DNA from: Nitrosomonas sp.
GTDB lineage: Bacteria > Pseudomonadota > Gammaproteobacteria > Burkholderiales > Nitrosomonadaceae
NCBI GenBank assembly: GCA_020446045.1
Contig: JAGRFM010000074.1
Span: 7,451-71,450, forward strand
Length of the DNA stretch: 64,000 nt
Direction of reading: 5' to 3'
A program made the translations under genes and the position numbers. Below the pieces are notes generated by a model. The model had not been told where the DNA came from, made no database searches, and saw only the letters and a list, made by a program, of their open reading frames with translations. Of this stretch, positions 52,901 to 62,366 are shown in pieces (within the stretch, counting starts at the first letter, position 1; each line of letters begins with the position of its first letter).

Positions 52901-52993
52901 AATGAGTGTAACGTTAGTTAAACTGGAAAAAAACATGGCCACTAACTAAATAAATGGCTATGACATTTAAATCCGATTGATGAGGAAATCGAA

Positions 52994-54175
52994 TTGAATA
53001 TTCACGAATATCAAGCAAAAGAAATTTTGGCGGGTTACGGCGTCAAAACAGCTGAGGGCGGTATCGCCTATAGCGTAGAAGAAGCGGCCCAACGCGCACG
53101 AGAAATCGAAGGCGATGTCTGGGTTGTCAAGGCGCAGATTCATTCCGGCGCGCGTGGAAAAGCCGGTGGGATCAAGTTATGCAGATCGCATAATGAAGTT
53201 GAGGCTGCTGCTGAAGAATTGCTTGGAAAGACACTGGTAACCCACCAAAGCGGGCCTGCAGGGAAACTATGCTCTCGCGTGTATATTGAAGCCGGAACGA
53301 AGATTGCTAAGGAGATTTATCTGTCGTTTTTAATCGATCGTAGTACCGAACGTGTCATTATGGTCGGTTCAGCGCAAGGTGGGATGGAAATTGAAGCATT
53401 GGCGCAAACCAATCCTGAGGCAATTATCAAAATCTACATCGAACCGGCGGTAGGCTTACAGGATTTTCAGGCCCGTAAAATGGCATTTGCCCTGGGCCTT
53501 GATTCATCTTTATTAAACCATGCGGTTAAAACAATTAAGGGTTGTTATCGCGCGTTACGTGATCTGGACGCAAATATTCTTGAAATCAATCCGCTGGTAG
53601 TTACCGCCAACAACGAAATAATTGCGCTCGATGCCAAAATGGCGTTTGATGAAAATGCTTTGTACCGCCGTCATAAAATTGCAGAACTGCGTGACAATTC
53701 CCAGGTCGATTCACGCGAGGTGGCCGCAGCCGAGGTGGGCTTAAGCTATGTCGGATTGGATGGTGATATTGGATGCATGATCAATGGTGCAGGTCTTGCG
53801 ATGGCGACGATGGATATGATCAAACTGGCTGGTGGCGAGCCAGCCAACTTCTTGGATGTTGGTGGCGGGGCATCGGCGGAAAGAACAGAAAAAGCATTCC
53901 GCCTGGTGCTGGCAGACAAAAACGTCAAGGCGATGCTGGTCAATATTTTTGCCGGCATCAACCGTTGTGATTGGATTGCGGAAGGCGTGGTTCAAGCAGT
54001 TAAAAATATCGGCATGCAGGTGCCATTGGTCGTACGGTTATCCGGTACCAATGTGGAAGAAGGACGCAAGATCATTGCCGAAAGCGGCATGAAAATAATC
54101 ACGGCAGATACACTCGCGGAAGCTGCAGAAAAAGTAGTGGCAGCACGTAACCAGGTAGTTGCACAAGAAGGCTAG
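52994..54175 (+). CDS. mtkA: malate-CoA ligase (malate thiokinase) beta subunit, SucC family
   Basis: [27 protein letters not shown] (MtkA-like rather than the SucC 'HAGGRGK'), [22 protein letters not shown]; adjacent to mcl. Confidence 0.8.
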   Translation: MNIHEYQAKEILAGYGVKTAEGGIAYSVEEAAQRAREIEGDVWVVKAQIHSGARGKAGGIKLCRSHNEVEAAAEELLGKTLVTHQSGPAGKLCSRVYIEAGTKIAKEIYLSFLIDRSTERVIMVGSAQGGMEIEALAQTNPEAIIKIYIEPAVGLQDFQARKMAFALGLDSSLLNHAVKTIKGCYRALRDLDANILEINPLVVTANNEIIALDAKMAFDENALYRRHKIAELRDNSQVDSREVAAAEVGLSYVGLDGDIGCMINGAGLAMATMDMIKLAGGEPANFLDVGGGASAERTEKAFRLVLADKNVKAMLVNIFAGINRCDWIAEGVVQAVKNIGMQVPLVVRLSGTNVEEGRKIIAESGMKIITADTLAEAAEKVVAARNQVVAQEG

Positions 54176-54185
54176 GGAGTAAAAA

Positions 54186-55073
54186 GTGACAATATTAATA
54201 GACGAAAAAACACGCATTATTGTTCAGGGATTCACCGGAAAGATCGGTACTTTTCATGCACAAGAGATGATTGAATATGGGTCCAATGTTGTCGGTGGTG
54301 TGACGCCGGGTAAAGGCGGACAGACGCATCTGGGATTGCCGGTTTTCAATACCGTCAAGGAAGCAGTACAACAGGTCGGTGCAGAGGCCAGTATTGTTTT
54401 CGTACCGCCGGCATTTGCTGCGGATTCCATCATGGAAGCCGCTGATGCCGGAATCAGGTACTGTGTAAGCATCACCGATGGTATTCCAACACAAGACATG
54501 ATGACGGTTAAGAACTTCCTGCGCCGGTTTCCCAAAGAAGAACGCATGATGCTGACTGGCCCTAATTGCGCTGGAACCATCAGTCCGGGACGTTCCATGT
54601 TGGGTATCATGCCGGGGCATATTTACGTGAGGGGTAATGTAGGCGTTGTGGGTCGTTCAGGGACACTGGGTTACGAGGCGGCCGACCAAATGCGTATGCT
54701 CGGCATTGGTATTTCAACATCGGTTGGTATCGGAGGCGATCCGATCATCGGCAGTTCTCATCTCGATGTACTCGAAAAACTGGAACATGATCCGGAAACC
54801 AAGGTTGCGCTCATGATTGGAGAAATCGGCGGCCCGATGGAAGTTGATGCGGGTATTTTCTTCAAAGAAAACATGACCAAGCCGCTGGTTGCGTATATTG
54901 CCGGTTTGACGGCCCCGGAAGGCCGCCGCATGGGTCATGCCGGAGCCATCATATCATCTGCCGGTGAAAGTGCTGCGGAAAAAGTGGAAACACTTAAGGA
55001 ACTGGGTGTCGTGATCAGCCCAACTCCATCGTTGATGGGACAAACGGTAGCAGAAGTTATGGCTAAATTGTAA
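54186..55073 (+). CDS. mtkB: malate-CoA ligase alpha subunit, SucD family
   Basis: VQGFTG, GPNCAG, RSGTLGYEA, GIGGDP, RMGHAGAI phospho-His motif. Confidence 0.8.
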   Translation: MTILIDEKTRIIVQGFTGKIGTFHAQEMIEYGSNVVGGVTPGKGGQTHLGLPVFNTVKEAVQQVGAEASIVFVPPAFAADSIMEAADAGIRYCVSITDGIPTQDMMTVKNFLRRFPKEERMMLTGPNCAGTISPGRSMLGIMPGHIYVRGNVGVVGRSGTLGYEAADQMRMLGIGISTSVGIGGDPIIGSSHLDVLEKLEHDPETKVALMIGEIGGPMEVDAGIFFKENMTKPLVAYIAGLTAPEGRRMGHAGAIISSAGESAAEKVETLKELGVVISPTPSLMGQTVAEVMAKL

Positions 55074-55100
55074 GTTTGCTATTGCTTTCAAAAGCATCAT

Positions 55101-55334
55101 CCTAAAAACCTCAGTTGGATGGTGTTTAGAGTACTTTGTTTTTGATTTTTGGCAAGACGCAATGAGGCGTAATAACCAGTTATTACAACGAATTGCAACG
55201 CCGCAAAAAGTAAAAAACAATGGGCTATAAGCATCATAGTGGCGTTCACCATTCAGGTTAAGGCATTTTGAAGAAATTTATATTTCTATTCATTTAGTTG
55301 CATTTCCTTGTAACGGTCAACTGAGGTTTTTAGG
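55101..55334. mobile_element. MITE copy B (234 bp), inverted relative to copy A
   Basis: Same terminal inverted repeats as copy A; internal sequence aligns to the reverse complement of copy A with about 11 bp of insertion. Confidence 0.9.
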
Positions 55335-55355
55335 ATCATAGTAGTTAAACATAGT

Positions 55356-55398
55356 ACCCGGTAGTGTCAATGCGTTGCTGTAAACTGCTCTACCGGGT
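55356..55398. terminator. hairpin between convergent mtkB and nnr
   Basis: ACCCGGTAG...CTACCGGGT 9-bp stem with a long loop, followed by TT. Confidence 0.4.
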
Positions 55399-55431
55399 TT
55401 CTCAATGACTATTGGATTTATGAAATGACGA

Positions 55432-56964
55432 TTATGGATTAGACAGCGATTTATAAATCCAGTTATTCAGTAGTAATCGTGCAGAAGTAATAATCTCCGA
55501 TGCAGTCATCCCTAACGGGCCGTTGTTTGAATCAAGCAGTTGATCGGCTGCTGTGCCGTGCAAATAAACAGCCAATAACATTGCATCGCCTGGTTTCAAG
55601 CCTTGTGCAATCAGTGCGCCGATCATGCCTGCAAGCACATCGCCTGTTCCGGCGCTGCTCAAACCCGGATTTCCGCTGGTATTGATAAAACATCTGCCGC
55701 ATGGAAAAACACAGATAGTACCCGCGCCTTTAAGTACTACAAAACAATTCAGAAGTTCCGCGATTTTTTGGGCGGCTTCCAGGCGATTGCTCTGCACAGT
55801 AGTAACTTCCATATCCAATAATCGTGCCGCCTCAGTGGGATGTGGCGTTAGGACGGTGGGTGCATTGCGCAGTTTGAGTTGGCGCGCCAGTTCACTGTGA
55901 AACGCAATATGATTCAACGCGTCGGCGTCAAATACCAGCGGTGTATTAGAATTGATTGTATGTTCCATCCAGGTATATGTCGTTTCATTGATATTCATAC
56001 CGGGGCCCGCGACAAGACAGTTGATCGCGCCAAGATCAAACAGTTCATCTGCAGATCGTAACATGAGTTCGGGATGGAGCATGTCCACAGCCGGTGCAGC
56101 CGGTGACAGTAAACCGACATAAACGCGTCCGGCGCCCAGATAAAGCGCTGCGCGCCCTGCCAAAATGGCAGCGCCTATCATACTCGTGTTGCCACCAAGA
56201 ATACCGACATTACCAAAAAGCCCTTTATGGCTGTTGGCTGGCCGTGGTGGCGGTAGCAGCATTTGAATCATTTTCGGGTTGATAGCCCAGATGTGAGGTG
56301 AAATAACCGAATTCGCATCCAGATCAAGATCGCAAACAACGATTTTACCGCAATATTGTGAACCGAATTGCGTTAACAAACCAGGCTTGAGGCCGATGAA
56401 CGTGACGGTTAGTGTGGCCATAATGGCTGCGCCACAAACACTGCCTGTATCGCTGCTCAAACCGGAGGGGATATCCAATGCGAGAACGGGGCAAGGCATG
56501 GCATTAACCTGATCGATCCAATCACGGTATTGATCGGTTATCGGGCGATCCGGTTGCAGTCCGATGCCAAATAAGCCATCGATAACCAAATCCCAGTGGT
56601 CTTGTTTGGAGATATCCGGATAAATTTCACCACCACTATCCCACCAGGATTGTCTTGCTTTTTGGGCATCTTGTGGAAGGCGGTTTGGGTCCGCACAAAA
56701 TACGACTGTCACGTCATATTCCCAGTTTTTCAAATAGCGAGCGGCTACAAAAGCATCTCCACCGTTGTTACCGGGGCCAGCCAGAACCAGGATTTTTCGG
56801 ATTGTAATTCCATTAAATTTTTCCCTGACCGTATCGGCGGCAGCTTTACCCGCTTTTTCCATCAAATCAGGAGGAGTGGGTAAATTAAAAGCAGCCTGTT
56901 CAATACTTCGGATTTCTTCGGTTAAAAAAACCGGATCAATGGTATTCGTCATGTCATGAACCAT
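55432..56964 (-). CDS. nnr: bifunctional NAD(P)HX epimerase/dehydratase
   Basis: [57 protein letters not shown]. Confidence 0.95.
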   Translation of the reverse strand: MVHDMTNTIDPVFLTEEIRSIEQAAFNLPTPPDLMEKAGKAAADTVREKFNGITIRKILVLAGPGNNGGDAFVAARYLKNWEYDVTVVFCADPNRLPQDAQKARQSWWDSGGEIYPDISKQDHWDLVIDGLFGIGLQPDRPITDQYRDWIDQVNAMPCPVLALDIPSGLSSDTGSVCGAAIMATLTVTFIGLKPGLLTQFGSQYCGKIVVCDLDLDANSVISPHIWAINPKMIQMLLPPPRPANSHKGLFGNVGILGGNTSMIGAAILAGRAALYLGAGRVYVGLLSPAAPAVDMLHPELMLRSADELFDLGAINCLVAGPGMNINETTYTWMEHTINSNTPLVFDADALNHIAFHSELARQLKLRNAPTVLTPHPTEAARLLDMEVTTVQSNRLEAAQKIAELLNCFVVLKGAGTICVFPCGRCFINTSGNPGLSSAGTGDVLAGMIGALIAQGLKPGDAMLLAVYLHGTAADQLLDSNNGPLGMTASEIITSARLLLNNWIYKSLSNP

Positions 56965-57009
56965 GCATCGTGTAAAATGGCAGTTTTCAACAAAATACGC
57001 TTTTTGTCC

Positions 57010-60000
57010 ATGCTTCAGTTTTGTGGCGGTAATGCGCTGTCTTCCTTCCGGCTTGAGAAACTCAAGGAAGCGTTAACTGCGCTTAAAATACAAGTCTCTC
57101 ATATTTCGACGGAATATTGGTATTTCTGTGCGGTCAGGCAAACATTGACGCCTGAAGAAACGGCTGTACTCGAAAAATTGTTAAACAGTTGTCCCTCACA
57201 GCATCACGATGCTCAGTCAGCTTTTTTCCTGGTTATTCCACGCCCCGGAACGATTTCACCGTGGTCCAGCAAAGCTACCGACATCGCACATCATTGTGGA
57301 TTGTATAACATCGAGCGAATCGAGCGGGGAATTGCTTATACGATTCAGGCTGAACAGGATCTATCTGAGGAACAGCAGCAGTCAATGCAAATGGCATTGC
57401 ATGACCGGATGATCGAATCGATTGTTCAATCGTTTGAAGATGCCAAGCGGTTGTTCAGCCATTTTGCGCCGCAGCCTCTTAAAATTGTCGATCTTCAAAA
57501 CGGGGGCGTTCAGGCGCTGGAGAAAGCCAATATTGACATGGGTCTGGCGTTATCGCCTGACGAAATAGAATATCTGGCGCATCATTACGAGCAGGCCGGG
57601 CGTTATCCCACGGATGTTGAGTTGATGATGTTCGCGCAAGCTAATTCCGAGCACTGCCGCCACAAAATCTTCAATGCCAGCTGGATCATCGACGGTCAGC
57701 CGATGGATCAGTCGTTGTTTGCCATGATTCGCAATACACACCGGCAAAGTCCGCAGGGTACGCTGGTTGCGTATGCCGATAACGCAAGTATTGTTGAAGG
57801 CGCAACAATAGCGCGTTTTTATCCTGATAAGGACAATTGCTACAGTTATACGCAAACGCAAACCCATTGGCTCATGAAAGTGGAAACGCATAACCATCCC
57901 ACTGCGATTTCACCGTTTCCGGGTGCGGCAACCGGTGTGGGTGGAGAAATCCGCGATGAAGGTGCAACCGGCCGAGGCGCCAAACCCAAGGCCGGATTGA
58001 CCGGTTTTTCGGTTTCCAATCTGAATATACCGGGTTTTATGCAATCCTGGGAATATGCCAGTCCCGAACAAAAAACAATTTACGGCAAACCGGGGCGCAT
58101 CGCATCAGCGCTGCAGATTATGCTCGAAGGCCCGATTGGCGGCGCGGCATTCAACAACGAGTTTGGCCGTCCGAATCTGACCGGATATTTCCGTACGTAT
58201 GAAGAAAATGTTGCCGGAGAAGTGCGCGGTTATCACAAGCCGATCATGCTCGCAGGTGGAATCGGCCAGATCTCGGCAAAACATACCGCCAAGGAAAAAT
58301 TCCCTCCCGGTACTTTGTTGATCCAATTGGGTGGGCCGGGCATGCTGATCGGTCTGGGCGGCGGAGCCGCGTCCAGTATGGATACCGGCGCGAATCTCGA
58401 AGCGTTGGATTTTGATTCGGTGCAGCGCGGTAATCCTGAAATGCAGCGCCGGGCGCAGGAAGTGATTAACCGTTGCTGGCAAATGGAAAGTAACGGTGAA
58501 CAAAATCCCATTTTGTTTATTCATGATGTCGGGGCGGGTGGACTGTCAAACGCGTTTCCTGAACTGGTGCATGACTCCGGTCGTGGCGGGCGGTTTGATC
58601 TGCGCGCCGTACCGTCTGAAGAATCCAGCATGTCGCCGATGCAAATCTGGAGCAACGAAGCGCAGGAACGGTACGTGCTCGCAATTCATCCGGAATCGCT
58701 GGAACTATTCCAGCAAATCTGCGAGCGTGAACGCTGCCCGTTTGCCGTCGTCGGTGAAGCGACACAGGAAGAGCAACTGGTTGTAACAGACGACGATAAT
58801 GCCTCGGAAACAGCGCCAGTCGATATGGCCTTATCGGTGTTACTCGGTAAACCGCCCAAAATGACGCGCAAGGTTTCGCATCGAAGCCAGTCGTTAACAG
58901 ACTTTAGAACGCATGAACTGGATTTGAAAAAATCGGCGTATCGCGTGCTGCGGTTGCCTGCCGTGGCGGACAAGACATTTCTCATCAGTATCGGCGATCG
59001 CAGCGTGGGCGGCATGACAGCCCGTGACCAGATGGTCGGACCGTGGCAGGTGCCGGTTGCCGATGTAGCAGTAACCATGATGGGTTTCCAGACCTATTTT
59101 GGCGAAGCGTTTGCCGTTGGTGAGCGTACACCGTTGGCGCTGATCAATCCGGAAGCCGCCGCGCGTATGGCGGTCGGCGAAGCGATTACCAATATTGCCG
59201 CTGCCTCGATAGAACGGCTTGGCGATGTCAAACTGTCCGCCAACTGGATGGCGGCTGCGGGCCATCCCGGTGAGGATGCCGGATTGTTTGACGCGGTCTA
59301 TACGGTCGGTATGGAACTGTGTCCGCAACTCGGCATTAGTATCCCGGTCGGCAAGGACTCAATGTCGATGAAAACAACCTGGCAGGAAACGCATACCGAA
59401 ACCGGTGAAACAATCACCAAGGAAGTCATTGCACCCCTGTCGCCAATCATTTCAGCGTTTGCCCGGGTTGACGATGTGCGCCGCACGTTGACGCCGCAAC
59501 TGCGTACCGATAGCGAAGAAACCGAACTGATTCTGATCGATCTGGGGCATGGCAAAAACCGTTTGGGCGGCTCGGTCCTGGCGCAGGTTTACAAGCAAAC
59601 CGGTAATGAAGCGCCGAATATTGACGGTCAATCCGGTGCGGAAAAACTCAAGGCATTTTTTACCGCGATTCAGCAGTTAAACAAGGCGGATGCGATACTG
59701 GCTTATCATGACCGCTCCGATGGCGGACTGTTTGTCACTTTGTGCGAAATGGCTTTTGCGGGGCATGTCGGCATTACCGTCAATCTCGATCAACTATGCT
59801 TTGATCCGTTGTCGAGCGATATCGACGGGGCGGAATTGCAATTCAACACACTCGACGGCCGGGCGTTGGAACGTCTGTTTGCCGTGCTGTTTAACGAAGA
59901 ACTCGGCGCGGTGATTCAAATTCAGCGCAAAAAACGCACAGTCGTCATGAGTGTACTGGCAGAAGCCGGGTTGCAGAATTTGGGTTTTGTCATCGGACAC

Positions 60001-61047
60001 CCAAATACGTCCGATGAGTTACGGCTGTTACGTAACAACAGGCCCGTATTTGCAGAAAAACGCGTTGATTTGCAGCGTGCCTGGTCGGAAACCACGCATC
60101 ACATGCAAAAATTGCGCGACAATCCGGCCTGCACTGAGCAGGAATTCGATCGTATTCTGGATCAGGATGACCCGGGATTGCACGTTTCACTGCGTTTTGA
60201 TCCGGAAGACAATATTGTAGCGCCGCTTGTCCGACGCAAAATTCGACGTAGTGTCCGGCCAACCATAGCGATTCTGCGCGAGCAAGGCGTCAACGGTCAT
60301 GTGGAAATGGCGGCCGCGTTTGATCGCGCCGGATTTGCCGCCATCGATGTGCATATGAGCGATATCATTTCAGGCAAGGTAACGCTCAGCGATTTCAAAG
60401 GGCTCGCGGCATGCGGCGGTTTCTCGTACGGCGATGTGCTCGGCGCCGGTGAAGGGTGGGCAAAATCCATTTTGTTTAATCCGCGCGCGCGCGAAGCGTT
60501 TGAAGCTTTTTTCCGGCGCACGGACACGTTCGCACTTGGTGTTTGCAATGGTTGCCAGATGATGAGCAATCTGCATGAAATCATCCCGGGCGCCGAACAC
60601 TGGCCGCGTTTTGTGCGCAATCATTCGGAACAATTCGAAGCCCGTTTTGTCATGGTAGAAGTGCAGCAAAGTCCATCGATATTTTTCGATGGCATGGCGG
60701 GCAGCCGAATGCCGATTACCGTGGCGCATGGTGAGGGACGTGCGGATTTTGGTCAGCGCAGCTCACTTGAGAGCGATGCATTGGTTACGCTTCGGTATGT
60801 CGACAACTACGGACAGGTGACCGAAACGTATCCGGTCAATCCCAACGGTTCGCCGCAGGGAATCACGGGGCTGACGACACCGGACGGGCGATTCAATATA
60901 CTCATGCCGCACCCGGAGCGTGTTTTCCGTGTTGCGCAACACTCATGGTATCCGCCTGCATCGAAGGACTCAACCAGACGCACACGAACGCGGGAAGACG
61001 CACCGTGGATCAGGCTATTTAGAAATGCCCGCAAATGGATAGGATAA
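57010..61047 (+). CDS. purL: phosphoribosylformylglycinamidine synthase (large type)
   Basis: [37 protein letters not shown] and MPHPER; ATG 57010 preferred. Confidence 0.99.
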   Translation: MLQFCGGNALSSFRLEKLKEALTALKIQVSHISTEYWYFCAVRQTLTPEETAVLEKLLNSCPSQHHDAQSAFFLVIPRPGTISPWSSKATDIAHHCGLYNIERIERGIAYTIQAEQDLSEEQQQSMQMALHDRMIESIVQSFEDAKRLFSHFAPQPLKIVDLQNGGVQALEKANIDMGLALSPDEIEYLAHHYEQAGRYPTDVELMMFAQANSEHCRHKIFNASWIIDGQPMDQSLFAMIRNTHRQSPQGTLVAYADNASIVEGATIARFYPDKDNCYSYTQTQTHWLMKVETHNHPTAISPFPGAATGVGGEIRDEGATGRGAKPKAGLTGFSVSNLNIPGFMQSWEYASPEQKTIYGKPGRIASALQIMLEGPIGGAAFNNEFGRPNLTGYFRTYEENVAGEVRGYHKPIMLAGGIGQISAKHTAKEKFPPGTLLIQLGGPGMLIGLGGGAASSMDTGANLEALDFDSVQRGNPEMQRRAQEVINRCWQMESNGEQNPILFIHDVGAGGLSNAFPELVHDSGRGGRFDLRAVPSEESSMSPMQIWSNEAQERYVLAIHPESLELFQQICERERCPFAVVGEATQEEQLVVTDDDNASETAPVDMALSVLLGKPPKMTRKVSHRSQSLTDFRTHELDLKKSAYRVLRLPAVADKTFLISIGDRSVGGMTARDQMVGPWQVPVADVAVTMMGFQTYFGEAFAVGERTPLALINPEAAARMAVGEAITNIAAASIERLGDVKLSANWMAAAGHPGEDAGLFDAVYTVGMELCPQLGISIPVGKDSMSMKTTWQETHTETGETITKEVIAPLSPIISAFARVDDVRRTLTPQLRTDSEETELILIDLGHGKNRLGGSVLAQVYKQTGNEAPNIDGQSGAEKLKAFFTAIQQLNKADAILAYHDRSDGGLFVTLCEMAFAGHVGITVNLDQLCFDPLSSDIDGAELQFNTLDGRALERLFAVLFNEELGAVIQIQRKKRTVVMSVLAEAGLQNLGFVIGHPNTSDELRLLRNNRPVFAEKRVDLQRAWSETTHHMQKLRDNPACTEQEFDRILDQDDPGLHVSLRFDPEDNIVAPLVRRKIRRSVRPTIAILREQGVNGHVEMAAAFDRAGFAAIDVHMSDIISGKVTLSDFKGLAACGGFSYGDVLGAGEGWAKSILFNPRAREAFEAFFRRTDTFALGVCNGCQMMSNLHEIIPGAEHWPRFVRNHSEQFEARFVMVEVQQSPSIFFDGMAGSRMPITVAHGEGRADFGQRSSLESDALVTLRYVDNYGQVTETYPVNPNGSPQGITGLTTPDGRFNILMPHPERVFRVAQHSWYPPASKDSTRRTRTREDAPWIRLFRNARKWIG

Positions 61048-61049
61048 CA

Positions 61050-62354
61050 ATGAAAAAAATTATAGGCTTTGTTCGAAACCGGTTTGTCACACGTGTCACG
61101 CCGATGATATCAGTTTTGTTATTGGCATTAGGCCTGCTCGGCTTATCCATGACGGCGCTACAAGCCAGCACCAACATCAAACCCGGACACAAACCGGCGT
61201 TGAATTCGACATTCAAGTCGGCATTTAAGCCGGGAGAGCACAATTGCGTGCCTTTGGGACAGTGGATTATTCCCGGTTCAGGGCCGGGCGAATACGCGGC
61301 AATTATCGACCGCGCCGTAGAACATTCGGTGGTATTGCTGGGAGAGTCGCATACCAACGCAGATCACCACCGCTGGCAACTGCAGATGCTCGCGGCACTC
61401 TATGCGGTGCGCCCGGATATGGTCATCGGTTTTGAAATGTTTCCACGCCGCATCCAGCCGGTGCTCGATCGCTGGGTTGCGGGTGAACTGGATGAAAAAG
61501 CGTTTTTGGCCGAATCCGAATGGGACAGCGTGTGGAACACCGATCCGGATTTATATCTGCCATTGTTCCATTTTGCGCGCATGAATCATATTCCCATGGT
61601 AGCGTTGAATATCGATTCAAAACTGCGCAGGATGGTGTCGGAAAAAGGGTTTTACGGCGTGCCGGTGGAAGATCGGGAAGGATTGACGCGCCCTGCCCCG
61701 CCAAGCCAGGCGTATCTGGATTTCCTGATGCCGATTTACAAGCAGCATGACCGCAAAGACCGGAAAGATGGCGAAGTCGGCTTTGATGATCCCGACTTCA
61801 TACGGTTTTACGCCGGGCAGCAGCTGTGGGATCGCGCCATGGCGCAGATGCTAAACGAAGCATTCCGTAAAACAGAAACAGCGCAAACTCCATTGGTTGT
61901 GGGCATAATGGGGTCAGGCCATATCGTGAATGGCTTCGGTGTGCCGCATCAGTTACACGATCTCGGTATTACGGATGTCCTGTCATTATTGCCGTGGGAT
62001 ATGAACAAATCCTGCAAGCAGCTCGTGGCAGGTGTCGCCGATGCGGTTTTTGGTGTATTGCCGGAGCGTCCTGATCCTTTTGCCGAGCCGAAATATCAGC
62101 GGCTGGGTATCCGCTTTGAAATGGCGCGCGGTGGCGCGCTGGTGTTGCAGGTGGAAAAAGGCAGCATTGCCGAAGCATCCGGCCTGCAGGATGCCGATGT
62201 GATCCTTGAAATGGCGGGCGTGACGCTGCAAACGACAGACGATGTCATCGGCATCGTCAAACGTCATGCGCCGGGAACCTGGCTTCCCCTGAAAGTGAAA
62301 CGTAACGATCACGAAATGGAAATCATCGCCAAATTTCCACCGCTTAAAAGTTAA
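61050..62354 (+). CDS. ChaN/Tiki-family exported protein with C-terminal PDZ domain
   Basis: Signal peptide; VLLGESHTNADHHRWQL, GFEMF, WDRAMA, GSGH; PDZ motif RLGI...SIAEASGLQDADVI. Confidence 0.85.
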   Translation: MKKIIGFVRNRFVTRVTPMISVLLLALGLLGLSMTALQASTNIKPGHKPALNSTFKSAFKPGEHNCVPLGQWIIPGSGPGEYAAIIDRAVEHSVVLLGESHTNADHHRWQLQMLAALYAVRPDMVIGFEMFPRRIQPVLDRWVAGELDEKAFLAESEWDSVWNTDPDLYLPLFHFARMNHIPMVALNIDSKLRRMVSEKGFYGVPVEDREGLTRPAPPSQAYLDFLMPIYKQHDRKDRKDGEVGFDDPDFIRFYAGQQLWDRAMAQMLNEAFRKTETAQTPLVVGIMGSGHIVNGFGVPHQLHDLGITDVLSLLPWDMNKSCKQLVAGVADAVFGVLPERPDPFAEPKYQRLGIRFEMARGGALVLQVEKGSIAEASGLQDADVILEMAGVTLQTTDDVIGIVKRHAPGTWLPLKVKRNDHEMEIIAKFPPLKS

Positions 62355-62366
62355 TAAATTGTATAC

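Noticed and set aside
52994-55073. Plain TCA-cycle sucCD assignment
   Set aside because: Not preferred, given adjacency to mcl, absence of sucAB and MtkA-like motifs, but not excluded without assays.
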